Source: Patescibacteria group bacterium (GTDB lineage: Bacteria; Patescibacteriota; Patescibacteriia; Veblenbacterales; UBA10138). From it: a stretch of DNA of 64,000 bases. The position numbers and the translations under genes were made by a program. Each line of letters begins with the position of its first letter. The first letter of the stretch is position 1. The notes under the pieces were generated by a model. That model did no database searches. It was given only the letters and a program-made list of their open reading frames with translations, and was not told the origin of the DNA. The stretch is from positions 43-64,042 of the forward strand of contig JBDRTU010000026.1 of the NCBI GenBank assembly GCA_043823825.1. Reading direction: 5' to 3'. Shown in pieces: positions 29,590 to 40,912 of this stretch.

Positions 29590-31370
29590 AGTTGCCTTGT
29601 TATATTTTTTTTACTCACACCAAACAAGAAAATCGCGCGTGAAAATTTGTTGCCAGCTACTAAACGTAAAAAAGTTCTAGTAACCGTAATGGCCGAAAAC
29701 ATGCTAATTAAAATACCAATAGATAAGGTAATAGCAAAACCCTTAATCAGAGAGGTTCCAAACCAAATTAAAATTATCGCGGTAATCAAGCTGGAAATGT
29801 TTGAATCACGAATAGAGGTCCAGGCTCGCTTAAAACCCTCTTCAATCGCTTGAGTTAAAGGCTTGCCCATGCGTAATTCCTCTTTTAATCGCTCAAAAAT
29901 AAGAATATTGGCGTCTACAGCCATTCCTACTGATAAGATAAATCCAGCAATACCAGCCAAAGTTAGGGTTACCGACCATAGTTTAAAAATAGCAAAGGTA
30001 ATCAAAGCATAGATAACTAAAGCAACTATTGATAATAAACCAGGCAGCCGGTAATAAAACAACATAAAGAGTGCAACTACAATCAAACCAACAATACCAG
30101 CGAATAAACTTTTTTCTACTGAGACCTTACCTAAAGTCGCATCTACAGTTTGTTGATTAATTAAATGTATTGGTACTGGAAGTGCCCCAGCGTTTAAACG
30201 CTGTGCCAGCTCTTTAGCCTCGACTAAGGTAAATTCACCAGTAATCACTGCTTGCCCGCCAGTAATTTCTTGTTGAACAGTAGGGACACTAATCGGCACA
30301 CCATCTAAGAAAATAGCAACCGGCTTACCGACATTACGACCAGTAATCTCAGCAAATAAATCAGATCCCTCATCATTAAAAGTTAACTGCACTTCAGGAA
30401 TTCCAGTATTGGGATCAAACTGCACTTGGGACCGTTTTAATTGTTTACCAGAAAGACCTGTGCTAATCCATGGATCAACTTGATCAAAAGCAGTACCTCT
30501 TACTAAAATATGGCTAGCCCTGAGCTCTAATACATTTTGCCCGTTTTCTTCAACCTGCCGTTCCCCTGTTTTCTTAATAATATGATAACCAAATTGAGTT
30601 TCTGATAACTCTTTACTTACTTCATCTACTGCTAGCGCTTTCACTGCTTGTTCAAATTCAGGCACCATTACACCCTCTCGAAACCAATCAAGATCACCGC
30701 CTAACGGGGCAGAACCATCTTCGGAAAATTCTTTTGCTAGAGCAGCAAAATCGGCACCCACCACCAAAGCTTTTTGCAATATCTCCTCGGCTAGCTCTTT
30801 AACATTTATTTTTTCTGCCTCATTATCTTGCAATAACTTCCCTTCGTCAGACTCTTTAAATTCTAAAATCGGCGTTTCGCCAATTAGTTGTATGGCCTGA
30901 TTAACATCTTTAATACCAGCGAGCTCCACAATTACACGCCAATTATCGCCCGACTTATTTGTTTGCACAACTGGTTCTGATACACCAAAAAAATTAATAC
31001 GCCGCTCCACCACATCTTTAACACCTTCTACCGCAGCAGCTTCTTCACCAGCCTGAATCTCACTAAGATCGGCTTGGTACACTAGGTGACTACCACCTTG
31101 TAAATCTAAGCCTAATTGCACCTGCCATTTATTCCAAAATGAAGTTCCGGGAATCCAAGCTGGTGCTTTAGGAAAATCCACCAAACCTGTAAAAATAGTA
31201 ATCACCAAAATAACAAACACTAGCCACCATGATTTTTTTCGTGGCGTCATCTTGCCAAACAATACCTTACCTAACCAGAGAAAAGGTTTGCCTAGCCAAA
31301 CTAAAAAACTGGAACCCGAGTCAGTCTCTAACGGGCGATTATTCCTTAAGTTGTCATTACTAGAATTCAT
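29586..31370 (-). CDS. secD: Protein translocase subunit SecD with inserted parvulin domain
   Basis: LGLDLQGG, GVSEPVVQ, AGALPVP, GMAVDANILIFER; PPIase insert at about 30498-30820. Confidence 0.95.
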   Translation of the reverse strand: MNSSNDNLRNNRPLETDSGSSFLVWLGKPFLWLGKVLFGKMTPRKKSWWLVFVILVITIFTGLVDFPKAPAWIPGTSFWNKWQVQLGLDLQGGSHLVYQADLSEIQAGEEAAAVEGVKDVVERRINFFGVSEPVVQTNKSGDNWRVIVELAGIKDVNQAIQLIGETPILEFKESDEGKLLQDNEAEKINVKELAEEILQKALVVGADFAALAKEFSEDGSAPLGGDLDWFREGVMVPEFEQAVKALAVDEVSKELSETQFGYHIIKKTGERQVEENGQNVLELRASHILVRGTAFDQVDPWISTGLSGKQLKRSQVQFDPNTGIPEVQLTFNDEGSDLFAEITGRNVGKPVAIFLDGVPISVPTVQQEITGGQAVITGEFTLVEAKELAQRLNAGALPVPIHLINQQTVDATLGKVSVEKSLFAGIVGLIVVALFMLFYYRLPGLLSIVALVIYALITFAIFKLWSVTLTLAGIAGFILSVGMAVDANILIFERLKEELRMGKPLTQAIEEGFKRAWTSIRDSNISSLITAIILIWFGTSLIKGFAITLSIGILISMFSAITVTRTFLRLVAGNKFSRAIFLFGVSKKNITRQL

Positions 31371-31477
31371 GTTTCAGAAAAAACCAAGGTTAAAACCGAG
31401 GTAACGTTATCACGGTAACATATAAATAACTACCTGACAAGCTGTAATTTAGATAGCATTATTTATTTTTTTTGTTA

Positions 31478-33244
31478 TTAAGCGATAAAACCTCCGGCTT
31501 GTAATTGCCACAGAGTATGGTACACACCGCCGGATTTTTTAAGTAATTCTTGATGAGTGCCTGTTTCTTGAATCTCTCCGTGGCGCATCACAATAATTCT
31601 ATCCATTTTCATTATAGTGGAAAGCCGGTGTGCAATTACCAAGGTAGTTTTACCCTTCATTAAATTGACTAAGGCATCTTGAATAATTCCCTCGGTGTGA
31701 GAATCAAGACTACTGGTGGCTTCGTCCAAAACTAGAATCGGAGCATTTTTTAGAATAGCTCGAGCAATGGCAACTCGTTGCCGTTCTCCACCCGATAACT
31801 TAACTCCTCTTTCACCCACATAAGTTTGATAACCATTAGGTAGTCGATCAATAAATTCGTCACAGTGTGCTAGTTTGGCAGCCGCTATTACTTCCTGATT
31901 AGTGGCGCTTGTCTTGCCATATCTAATATTTTCCATCAGTGTGCGGTGAAAAAGAACTGGATCCTGTGGTACTAAACTTACTTGTCGACGTAAAGAATTT
32001 TGAGTTACTTCTGTTATATTCTGATTATCAATATAAATAGCGCCGTCGGGTACATCGTAAAATCTAAACATCAACGAAACTAAAGTTGATTTACCGGCCC
32101 CCGATGGCCCAACTAACCCTACCTTTTCACCTGCTAACACTTTTAAATTAAAATTCTTAATTACCTCTAATTCTTTAGTATAGGTAAAATTAATATTTTT
32201 AAATTCTACCTCTCCTTTAATTACCTGTAATTTAGTTGCGCCATGCACATCTTTCACTTGGTGAGGTGTATTTAATATTTCCACCATTTCCTCGGCATCA
32301 GCCAAGTGTCGATAAATACGGCGGATCACGCGTCCAAAATCCCACAAACGCATAAAAACCTGAATAATGTAACTCTGAATTAAAACAAAGCCACCAATAG
32401 TTAATAAGCCGCGCTGCCAAAGCGAAATTGCAGCATAAAAAATTGCGAATTCTAAGATAGCCATAAAGGCGCCCTGAATCGTCTCAATATTAGAATCATA
32501 ATCCCAACTCTTCTTCGTTAATCTATATTGCTCCGCAGTCAATTCACCAAAACCCGCTTGCTCCACTGCTAAACCCGTAAACACTTTAACGTTGGCGCTA
32601 TTAGTGATGGTATCTGCCAAATAAGCAGTCACTCTGCTATCTTGAGTAGCGGCTGCCTCATTTAATCTTAACAAACGTAAAGTCAAAAAATAATTGATAG
32701 TCAAATAAAGCAAGGTCCAGGCCAGTAAAATAAAGCCCAGGGTAGGATACAACCAAAACAACACCAACGTCACCGACAGCACCCTAATGGCTGTCGGCAT
32801 TAAATTCCAATAAAGCGAATCGGCTATATCCTCAAATCCTCGCACTAATCTACCAATTTTTCTAACTAAAGCGCCCACAAAACGATTGGTAAAGAAACCA
32901 AACGAATGATTATGTAAATATTCAAAACTGGTATTATTTAGATCGGCAATGACTTTGGGTTGAAAATAGTTGTTAGTGTAAGTAGCGATTCGATAAAATA
33001 ACCATTCAATAGCATTTAATAACAAAATAAACCAAATTATTCCTTTTAATTGCACAACTACCTCGGCTATATTTGAAGCTTGCGAAAACACTAACTCATC
33101 AATAAATTTTTTATAATAAAAAGGAACTATAATCGGCACCACCGACGCTAAAGCAATTGATATTAAGATTATCCAAAAAAACAGCTGATAACGACGGACA
33201 TGCTGCCAAAAAACTACATAAGTTTGTTTAGTGATTTTTTTCAT
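31478..33244 (-). CDS. ABC exporter, fused TMD-NBD
   Basis: TM domain, GPSGAGKST, LSGGERQR, LDEATS, IAHRLST. Confidence 0.93.
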   Translation of the reverse strand: MKKITKQTYVVFWQHVRRYQLFFWIILISIALASVVPIIVPFYYKKFIDELVFSQASNIAEVVVQLKGIIWFILLLNAIEWLFYRIATYTNNYFQPKVIADLNNTSFEYLHNHSFGFFTNRFVGALVRKIGRLVRGFEDIADSLYWNLMPTAIRVLSVTLVLFWLYPTLGFILLAWTLLYLTINYFLTLRLLRLNEAAATQDSRVTAYLADTITNSANVKVFTGLAVEQAGFGELTAEQYRLTKKSWDYDSNIETIQGAFMAILEFAIFYAAISLWQRGLLTIGGFVLIQSYIIQVFMRLWDFGRVIRRIYRHLADAEEMVEILNTPHQVKDVHGATKLQVIKGEVEFKNINFTYTKELEVIKNFNLKVLAGEKVGLVGPSGAGKSTLVSLMFRFYDVPDGAIYIDNQNITEVTQNSLRRQVSLVPQDPVLFHRTLMENIRYGKTSATNQEVIAAAKLAHCDEFIDRLPNGYQTYVGERGVKLSGGERQRVAIARAILKNAPILVLDEATSSLDSHTEGIIQDALVNLMKGKTTLVIAHRLSTIMKMDRIIVMRHGEIQETGTHQELLKKSGGVYHTLWQLQAGGFIA

Positions 33245-33332
33245 TAAATAAAAAAATTAAAGCTGAGCGAATTAAAATAGTATCATAATATTCGCCAACT
33301 GACAAGAATAACCCTCTACTACTTACCAACAT

Positions 33333-33839
33333 CTACTTACTAGCAGCTAATTTAGCTGCCTGACGTTTACGGTAATCCCAAATATACCAAATAATATAAA
33401 CAACACCCAACACTGCATAATTACTAAGCAAGAATGAAGAGTGTCCCCAGGCATAACCATCAACAGTATAATTGGAAAACGGCCATAACCAAGGGGTGGG
33501 GAAAAAGTCAGCTTCGTGAAGCGGTACATCAATAGCAATATGTAAAAACGCTGCTGCTAAAGGCCACCATGGTTTGCGACGGATCAACCAAACAATTACA
33601 AAAATAGCTAACCAGGTAAACAAGCTATGCCAAATGTTGTAGAGGGTTAAAATATAGGCCGGAACTACCAAAGCCTGGGGCGACCCAAAGCTCCCACTAT
33701 TAAAAAGGTTTAAAACAAATAAAATGCCAAAGGAAAAAATATCCGGCGCTACTCCAAAAAAGACTGCCATCCAGCGCGCTTCAGATTTAGCTTTTGCGTA
33801 CACTACCGCGACCCACAAGCCGTGGGAAAAAATATCCAT
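33333..33839 (-). CDS. Membrane-bound putative metal-dependent hydrolase (YdjM-like)
   Basis: SHGLW, APD, HSL, HIAID motifs in a hydrophobic protein. Confidence 0.7.
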   Translation of the reverse strand: MDIFSHGLWVAVVYAKAKSEARWMAVFFGVAPDIFSFGILFVLNLFNSGSFGSPQALVVPAYILTLYNIWHSLFTWLAIFVIVWLIRRKPWWPLAAAFLHIAIDVPLHEADFFPTPWLWPFSNYTVDGYAWGHSSFLLSNYAVLGVVYIIWYIWDYRKRQAAKLAASK

Positions 33840-33863
33840 CTTAAAAAATAATAATAAAACTCT

Positions 33864-34667
33864 TTAACCAAATAAATCTATTAAAATAAAAATAATGTCC
33901 ACAACAAATAGAAAAACGATCGCTGCTTCTAATACATTAGCTATACGATTTTGTAATTGATCAATAATGAACTTACTGGAGTTTGAGATAATTTCCAGTT
34001 TTCTGCTGATAATTTGTGAACGGCGTTGAATGGCATATTGAGAAGAAAGGTGCTGATATAGCTGCTGCATTTCTTCTCCCCGTTCCCACACAACCTCAGG
34101 ATCATCTAATAAAGATAAATTATAAGCCAATTCATGTTGAATTGCATTAGCTAAGCCAACTTGTTTTATTAACTCTCGCCGACTAACAATAAAACGGCCT
34201 TCTCGCGACAAGGTATCAACTGATTCTTCCAGTTTTTCTAAATTGCGGTCTATTAGATCTTCATAATATTCCAATGCAACTGAACGAGAAAGTATTATGG
34301 CTACCAACTTAACAATGTCTAAAAAAAATTTATTTACTGATAGCTCGTTTGTAGATACTCTGCTTTTGCGATCGCCTATGTTTAAAGTGAAATTATCAGA
34401 AAAAACTCGGCGGTTGGCGCGGATAGAAAATTGTTTTAATCGAGCCAGCCATTGCTTTTCTTCATTTAACGCAAAATTGAAAAAAACCACTGAGCCATAA
34501 TCAAATACCACCAAATACTTAGTTGCTGCTAATTCTACAATAATTGGATCATGATCCCGAAGTTTTCCCAAGTCCTTTACTTTTGTCTGTAATTTTGACA
34601 AATCAAAGCTAGTAGCTATATCATAAGCTGATACTGAAATAGTTTTATTTTTTCTGATTGGAGTCAT
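33864..34667 (-). CDS. RMD1/DUF155 family protein
   Basis: VFDYGSVVFFN, LSRSVALEYYE, LLDDPEVVWE, C-terminal TM. Confidence 0.85.
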   Translation of the reverse strand: MTPIRKNKTISVSAYDIATSFDLSKLQTKVKDLGKLRDHDPIIVELAATKYLVVFDYGSVVFFNFALNEEKQWLARLKQFSIRANRRVFSDNFTLNIGDRKSRVSTNELSVNKFFLDIVKLVAIILSRSVALEYYEDLIDRNLEKLEESVDTLSREGRFIVSRRELIKQVGLANAIQHELAYNLSLLDDPEVVWERGEEMQQLYQHLSSQYAIQRRSQIISRKLEIISNSSKFIIDQLQNRIANVLEAAIVFLFVVDIIFILIDLFG

Positions 34668-34867
34668 AAGTTAAAGGAGATTACTTTATGTCTGATCAAC
34701 TGTCCTGCCTATAAATTCATTAATAAATTTGCTTAAATTTTAACATTTTTTAACGCACATAGCAAGCGTGATGATAGTAATTTGACAAATAAATAATCAT
34801 GCAATAAAGTGTATGTAATAAACAATGAACTGAATTAAAAAAACACACAAATAAAAGGAGAAGTGTA

Positions 34868-35482
34868 ATGAAAACTGTAATTTTAACAATATTGATAATC
34901 ATCTCGCTCACCCAATTTGCTGCGGCACAGTCTCAACTATTATTACCTAATTTTATTGAACATCAGGTGATTGATATTCATCTTTTAAAATCAATTTACC
35001 ATGATCTAGGAAACTATAAAGCGGAAATATCAACAGGCATAATCTGCTGGGGCACTGGAATCTATTATAGATCTAACTCAACAGATCAAGAAATTTATTG
35101 GACATTGGATGTTGTTGAAGGTAAAATAAATTTTGTTTTTAATTATCAACTAGAAATGGCTGATGCTAAATATTTCGCTACTGTCAAAAAAAGTCCCTGG
35201 CAACTCAGAGTCGAGAACGGAGAAACTACTATTCATTTTGAAGTTAATGAAGTGTTAACAAAAAAAGGGACAATTGGAGACTTTAAAAAAATCTTCGAAA
35301 AATCATTCAAAGAATTATCAACTCTAAGATTTCTAAAAAATCTTAAACTCAAATCATTTTTTGATGAGGAAAAACCAAAACATGATCTACATCTTAAAAA
35401 AACCCGCTGGTTTCAAAAAGCGGGTTTATTTATTTTAATAAATTCTAGGAACGTTGATGATAATCTTGCTTGTTGTTTTTGA
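34868..35482 (+). CDS. Hypothetical secreted protein
   Basis: TTGACA-N17-TAAAGT (34782-34810), AAGGAG SD, signal peptide ending AAA|Q; 3' end uncertain. Confidence 0.7.
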   Translation: MKTVILTILIIISLTQFAAAQSQLLLPNFIEHQVIDIHLLKSIYHDLGNYKAEISTGIICWGTGIYYRSNSTDQEIYWTLDVVEGKINFVFNYQLEMADAKYFATVKKSPWQLRVENGETTIHFEVNEVLTKKGTIGDFKKIFEKSFKELSTLRFLKNLKLKSFFDEEKPKHDLHLKKTRWFQKAGLFILINSRNVDDNLACCF

Positions 35483-35550
35483 TAAATTAGTTGAATTCCA
35501 CAGATTTAATATTCTTATCTTTTTATTAATTATTTACCATGGCAATGTTT

Positions 35551-35586
35551 ATCCCAGTAGTATAAGCTTCGCTTCACTACGGGACT
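35551..35586. repeat. REP-like nested palindrome (family copy)
   Basis: ATCCCAGTAGTA-TAAGCTTCGCTTC-ACTACGGGACT. Confidence 0.5.
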
Positions 35587-35647
35587 ACGCTAGATTTATT
35601 TCATTAAATAACAGTTGTGGCATATTGAACTCTAATGATTAAAATAA

Positions 35648-38368
35648 TTACCTACCGTGACACCGCTTGTATTTTTTCCCACTGCCGCAAGGGCAGGGAT
35701 CGTTGCGGCCGACTTTTTTTCCTGCCGCGTCTTTTACCTTAGCCTGCTGTACTGGAGCTGTAGATGAGGTGGAGCCAAACATTGTACTGCCAGTTGAACT
35801 GGTTTTAGCCGGCCCAAGCTCTTGCATTGGCCTTACCGGAGCTTCGGTAACGCCGGCGGCTCGTTGCGTCAACTCTGTTTTAAAAATTGAATAAACTACG
35901 GAGTTTCGTATAGTAGCCAGAAGATCAGTGTACATTTTATAACTTTCACGCTTATATTCTACTAATGGCTCGCGCTGACCATAACCACGAAGTCCTATAC
36001 CAGCTCGTAAATGATCAATTGTAGTTAAATGCTTAACCCAATAAGAATCAATTGACCTAAGCAAAATAGTCCGTTCCACATTGCGCATAATATCTCGGGG
36101 CTCTTTCTGCTCTAATTTTTCTGCCTGCTTGATTAAATTTTCCTCGTGCTGATTATAAGCTATGACTGCTAACTTATAAAGATAGCCAACCAGCTTGCTG
36201 CGCGCTTTGGCATCAGCAGAAGCGTCACCAGCTTCCTCTTCTATATCTTTTAATTTTTTTCTAACATCTGATGGCACATGGAAAACTGTATTTACAACTT
36301 CATATATTTCTTGCAAATTCCATTTACTCTCATCATCCAAGGCGGTGTGAAATGATACTACTGAAGCAATTTCATCATGAATCAACTCTAATACTTCTTG
36401 TTTTAATGCAGTTGGCTCATTCTTGGCCTGGTTTAATATATTCTGGCGTCGAGTGTAGATTGCTTCGCGTTGTTTGTTTAATACATCATCATATTCAACT
36501 AAGTGTTTTCTAATATCAAAGTTGTTACCCTCTACCTTTTTTTGCGCCGTGGCAATAGACTTAGACACGATCGCATTTTCAATTGGCATATCGTCGGGTA
36601 AACCTAACCGCTCCATCATCATCTTTACTTTCTCACCACCGAAGATCCTCATTAAGTCATCTTCTAGGCTCACAAAAAATTGTGAAGAGCCAGTGTCTCC
36701 TTGGCGTCCAGATCTTCCGCGTAATTGATTATCAATACGCCGTGATTCATGCCGCTCAGTACCAATCACATGTAAACCACCTGCTTCTTTGACAAATTTA
36801 GCTTGGTTTTCGTCAACCGGAGTACCTCCCAAAATAATATCAACACCGCGGCCCGCCATATTAGTAGCAATGGTAACTGCTCCACGGCGACCAGCTTGGG
36901 CAATAATCGCTGCTTCGCGCGCGTGGTTTTTAGCATTCAATACTTCGTGCGGAATTCCTTCGCGAGTTAAGAGCTCGTCTAGAATTTCATTTTTAGCAAT
37001 TGAAATTGTGCCAACTAACACTGGTTGGCCTGCTTCGTGTTTGGCTCTAATTGCTTTTACTGCGGCGGCATACTTAGCTGATTCAGTTTTGTAAATACTA
37101 TCGGTGGCATCTTTCCTAATCATTGGTTTGTTCGTAGGAACTACCACCACTTCTAAGTTATAAATCTTGGAAAATTCTTCGGCTTCGGTAGCAGCCGTAC
37201 CAGTCATACCGGAAAGTTTTTGATACATTCTAAAATAGTTTTGAAACGTAACTGTTGCCATGGTCATACTTTCTCGCTGTATCTGCACATTTTCCTTTGC
37301 TTCAATTGCCTGATGCAACCCTTCGGAATAACGGCGACCAGGCATTAAGCGGCCTGTAAACTCATCTACAATTATCACTTCGCCGTCGCGTACTACATAA
37401 TCTTTATCCCTTTTAAACAAAGCTTTGGCCTTCAAGCCAGCTTCTAACAAATGCACTATTTCTACCTCGGCACCGGTATATAAATTATCTACCCCCAACC
37501 ATTTTTCCGCTTTGGCTATGCCCTCGTTAGAAAAGGTGGCGGCGCGCATTTTTTCATCTACATTATAATCAGTATTTTCTTGCAAGGTCGCAATAAAACG
37601 CGCTACATCGTAATACTTATCTACTGCTTCTTCAGCTGGCGCGGAAATAATTAACGGCGTTCGAGCTTCGTCAATTAAAATTGAATCTACCTCATCAACA
37701 ATAGTGTAATATAATTCACGCTGCACCATCTGTTCTTTTTGCCAAACCATATTATCGCGCAAATAATCAAAACCAAATTCATTATTGGTGCCATAAGTGA
37801 TGTCAGCTCCGTAAGCTTCACGGCGCGCCACTTCGCGTAAATTATTGTAAGTTTCATCCTCATGTTTAGTTCCTGATTCGTAAACAAAAGCGCGTTCATG
37901 ATTAATACAACCCGCTACCAAGCCTAAAGCATTATAAATTTGTCCCATCCAAATAGCATCACGCCGGGATAAATAATCGTTAACCGTAACCACATGAACA
38001 CCCTTACCTGCTAAAGCATTTAAATACACTGCCAAAGTCGATGTTAGAGTTTTACCTTCACCAGTCCTCATTTCCGCAATTTGGCCGCGGTGCAGTACAA
38101 TACCTCCAATTAATTGCACATCAAAATGCCGCTGGCCTAAAGTGCGCTTGGACGCTTCCCGGACACATGCAAAAGCCTCGGGTAATAAATCATCTAAAGA
38201 CTCACCCCGAGCGATACGATGTTTGAATTCTTGAGTTTTGCCTTTTAACTGATCCGGCGAAAGTTTTTCTAATTCTGCTTCTAAGGCATTGATTTTTTCG
38301 ACGGTTGGCTGCAGAGACTTAACTACCCGCGCATTAGGATCACCAAATAGTTTAGTTAAAAATGACAT
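35648..38368 (-). CDS. secA: Preprotein translocase ATPase SecA with C-terminal SEC-C motif
   Basis: [56 protein letters not shown]. Confidence 0.98.
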   Translation of the reverse strand: MSFLTKLFGDPNARVVKSLQPTVEKINALEAELEKLSPDQLKGKTQEFKHRIARGESLDDLLPEAFACVREASKRTLGQRHFDVQLIGGIVLHRGQIAEMRTGEGKTLTSTLAVYLNALAGKGVHVVTVNDYLSRRDAIWMGQIYNALGLVAGCINHERAFVYESGTKHEDETYNNLREVARREAYGADITYGTNNEFGFDYLRDNMVWQKEQMVQRELYYTIVDEVDSILIDEARTPLIISAPAEEAVDKYYDVARFIATLQENTDYNVDEKMRAATFSNEGIAKAEKWLGVDNLYTGAEVEIVHLLEAGLKAKALFKRDKDYVVRDGEVIIVDEFTGRLMPGRRYSEGLHQAIEAKENVQIQRESMTMATVTFQNYFRMYQKLSGMTGTAATEAEEFSKIYNLEVVVVPTNKPMIRKDATDSIYKTESAKYAAAVKAIRAKHEAGQPVLVGTISIAKNEILDELLTREGIPHEVLNAKNHAREAAIIAQAGRRGAVTIATNMAGRGVDIILGGTPVDENQAKFVKEAGGLHVIGTERHESRRIDNQLRGRSGRQGDTGSSQFFVSLEDDLMRIFGGEKVKMMMERLGLPDDMPIENAIVSKSIATAQKKVEGNNFDIRKHLVEYDDVLNKQREAIYTRRQNILNQAKNEPTALKQEVLELIHDEIASVVSFHTALDDESKWNLQEIYEVVNTVFHVPSDVRKKLKDIEEEAGDASADAKARSKLVGYLYKLAVIAYNQHEENLIKQAEKLEQKEPRDIMRNVERTILLRSIDSYWVKHLTTIDHLRAGIGLRGYGQREPLVEYKRESYKMYTDLLATIRNSVVYSIFKTELTQRAAGVTEAPVRPMQELGPAKTSSTGSTMFGSTSSTAPVQQAKVKDAAGKKVGRNDPCPCGSGKKYKRCHGR

Positions 38369-38489
38369 AAGTTATAGAGTACGATTTACTGTACTACTTT
38401 TTTCAGTATTTGACAAGATAATCAAGTTAGATTAATGTGAATTAAATAAAATTGAAAATTAGAATCAATAAAAATAAAAGGAGTTAATA

Positions 38490-39023
38490 ATGAACTTTAT
38501 CATAGTAACTTTAAATAAAGGGAGTATTCAACTATTAAAAAAACCTCAAGACAAACACCACATCCAAATAGTACAAAGCTGTGAAAAAGCTATTGAAATT
38601 CTGGACCGAATTGTCAAAAAAAATAAAGCAGATGACCCTGGAATAAGAGATTATATATTACTTACTGAATATTCAATTCCCCACGACCAAGGACAACTAC
38701 CTGATCCTTACAATAGTATTACTCTAGCAATGTCTGCTGCACATCGGCATATCGGTAATGTAATAATTGGTTTAGAGAAACCCAGTCTCCCTTATATAAA
38801 TCTAAAAATAGAACACTTAGATAAAACATCTAATAAAAAGGGAGAAAGTTGGTATGTTACCAAGCAAATTATCAAGACAAATGATAGTGAACTGGAAACT
38901 AATATATATTATGTACAACTACCAACTACCACAAAAGGTGTTGATGAAATATTACTTAAACCTGTGGCATACGACTGGCCGGCCATTATCGCATTGCTAG
39001 AGAAAAAACTAAAAATAGGTTGA
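38490..39023 (+). CDS. Hypothetical protein, possibly a degenerate receiver (CheY-like) fold
   Basis: TTGACA-N17-TAATGT (38410-38438), AAGGAG SD; pattern FIIV...IVQSCEKAIEIL...ILLTEYSIP. Confidence 0.65.
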   Translation: MNFIIVTLNKGSIQLLKKPQDKHHIQIVQSCEKAIEILDRIVKKNKADDPGIRDYILLTEYSIPHDQGQLPDPYNSITLAMSAAHRHIGNVIIGLEKPSLPYINLKIEHLDKTSNKKGESWYVTKQIIKTNDSELETNIYYVQLPTTTKGVDEILLKPVAYDWPAIIALLEKKLKIG

Positions 39024-39027
39024 AAAT

Positions 39028-39243
39028 ATGAAATCTGTTAAGATTGAATTAACTATACCAAGCGATCTAGATGGATTAAAAGCTTGTAAAATAATATGCA
39101 AAATTGTCAACAGAAAAATATGTATTGAAGAAAGAGCTGGTTCAAAATTAATCGTGACATCTGTGAAAAGTGTTAAAACAATTCTTAAAAGTAATCGTGT
39201 GCTAGACAGACTAACGCAACATAATATAAAGCCGCGCCCTTAG
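39028..39243 (+). CDS. Small hypothetical protein
   Basis: Directly follows previous ORF and precedes a terminator. Confidence 0.55.
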   Translation: MKSVKIELTIPSDLDGLKACKIICKIVNRKICIEERAGSKLIVTSVKSVKTILKSNRVLDRLTQHNIKPRP

Positions 39244-39265
39244 TATGATCGCGGCTTATTTATTT
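39229..39265. terminator. Intrinsic terminator between convergent genes
   Basis: AAGCCGCG...CGCGGCTT then T-rich. Confidence 0.6.
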
Positions 39266-39276
39266 CATTACTAGCA

Positions 39277-40143
39277 TTAGCCAAAAAAAGAATAACCAAT
39301 GATCTTGTACCCCAACTTTGCTGCTAAAAAATCACCAGCGGGCTGGCCAGGAATTGGTGCCAGTTCCACAATATCAGCGCCTACTATTTTTTTCTGCTTA
39401 CCAACAGAGCGTAATAAATCAATAACTTGATACCAAGTCAATCCGCCTGGTTCTGGAGTGCCAGTTCCAGGCACAATACTAGGATCAAAAGCATCAACAT
39501 CAACAGTTACATACACTTGATCACTTAAACACTTGAGTACTTTAGCAACTGATATGTTTGGTGCTTCAAAAATACGATTGATTAGCCCTGTTTTTTTAAT
39601 AAACTTAACTTCTTCTTCGCACATAGAGCGAATACCAACTGCCACGGCAGGAACCCTTAAATCATAAACTCGCCTCATAGAACAGGCGTGGCTATATTTT
39701 GAACCTTGATATTCATCGCGCAAATCAGTATGTGCATCAATTTGCAATACTGATAATTTTTTATATTTTACTTTCAGCGCCGCAACCACTCCGGGAGTGA
39801 TTGAATGTTCACCACCTAAAACTAACGGCCATTTTTTGTTTTTTAATATTTTACCAACCGCTTGCTCAAGATTATTAATTACCTGCTCTGGTTTTGACGC
39901 GCCGAGTTTTAACTCAGGTAAAGTATAAAAACCAAGCGTGGAAATATCCCGCTCTAACTCTAAATCCCACAATTCCATATTACGAGAGGCATCAATTATG
40001 GCATTGGGTCCCTTATTAGTTCCGCCACCATAAGTAGTGGTAGCCTCATATGGAATTGGCAAAACAGCGACCCGCGCTTTTTTACGGTTCACTTTATCCA
40101 AACCGCCAAAATTAAATGGCTCAATGTAAAATTTCGGCTTCAT
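39277..40143 (-). CDS. speB: Agmatinase
   Basis: GGEHSIT, DAHTD, DVDAFDP, PGTGTPEPGG. Confidence 0.93.
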   Translation of the reverse strand: MKPKFYIEPFNFGGLDKVNRKKARVAVLPIPYEATTTYGGGTNKGPNAIIDASRNMELWDLELERDISTLGFYTLPELKLGASKPEQVINNLEQAVGKILKNKKWPLVLGGEHSITPGVVAALKVKYKKLSVLQIDAHTDLRDEYQGSKYSHACSMRRVYDLRVPAVAVGIRSMCEEEVKFIKKTGLINRIFEAPNISVAKVLKCLSDQVYVTVDVDAFDPSIVPGTGTPEPGGLTWYQVIDLLRSVGKQKKIVGADIVELAPIPGQPAGDFLAAKLGYKIIGYSFFG

Positions 40144-40150
40144 ATTCTAT

Positions 40151-40699
40151 TTATTCACCAGAAACAAACACGGCCGCGGCCAACACTGTAGTCCACAAAC
40201 CATCCTTATTACCAATGGCTGATTGAGTGGTATTGGTGGTTCTAATAATTTTTCCGCTGGCTTTATAAAATTGTTCTCTCTCATCCCAGGCAGCGTTAGG
40301 GTCAAATTCTAACCCCAAGGTAGTTGCTAACATGCTGGCTGCTAAATCCTCGGCATAGTCTCCTGCTTTCTCCTCGGTTTCACCAAATGATTTATGTTCA
40401 GATAAATAGCCATACTGATTAGCATCGGCAGGTAGTGCTAACCCTACCGAGGCTGCCATTAAACGGTTTGGTTCATTTGATCTGTTTTGGTACATCACAC
40501 AAAATACTATCTGGCCAGGATTAAGCATAGTTAACCCTTGAGTGCGATTTACAATCTTACAGCCTGGTGGATAAATTGACGAAACCCCAACCAAGTTGAA
40601 TTTTTCTATACCGGCGTCTCGAAGCGCCATCTCAAATGAGCCAAGCTCTTCCTTGTGCCGACCCACTCCTTTAGTAAAAAAAACGTACTTTGGTACCAT
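40151..40699 (-). CDS. Pyruvoyl-dependent arginine decarboxylase (PdaD/AaxB family)
   Basis: [25 protein letters not shown] (Ser-Ser self-cleavage site), YGYLSEH; directly upstream of speB. Confidence 0.92.
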   Translation of the reverse strand: MVPKYVFFTKGVGRHKEELGSFEMALRDAGIEKFNLVGVSSIYPPGCKIVNRTQGLTMLNPGQIVFCVMYQNRSNEPNRLMAASVGLALPADANQYGYLSEHKSFGETEEKAGDYAEDLAASMLATTLGLEFDPNAAWDEREQFYKASGKIIRTTNTTQSAIGNKDGLWTTVLAAAVFVSGE

Positions 40700-40912
40700 T
40701 TTTGTTTATCGATTAATGATTAATCAGTTTCACTGTTTCCTTCTGTGGAAAAGTTTAACTATTTCTAATTTTAAGTAATATACAGCGAGTTGTAAACGGT
40801 TTTTCCAGCTTGTCAAGTCTTTATTTGACGCCACATTTCTTAAATGGTAAAGTGATAAACTCAAATAAGAACAAATAAATATACTTGTAAACCAAATTAA
40901 CAGGAGTAAAAA

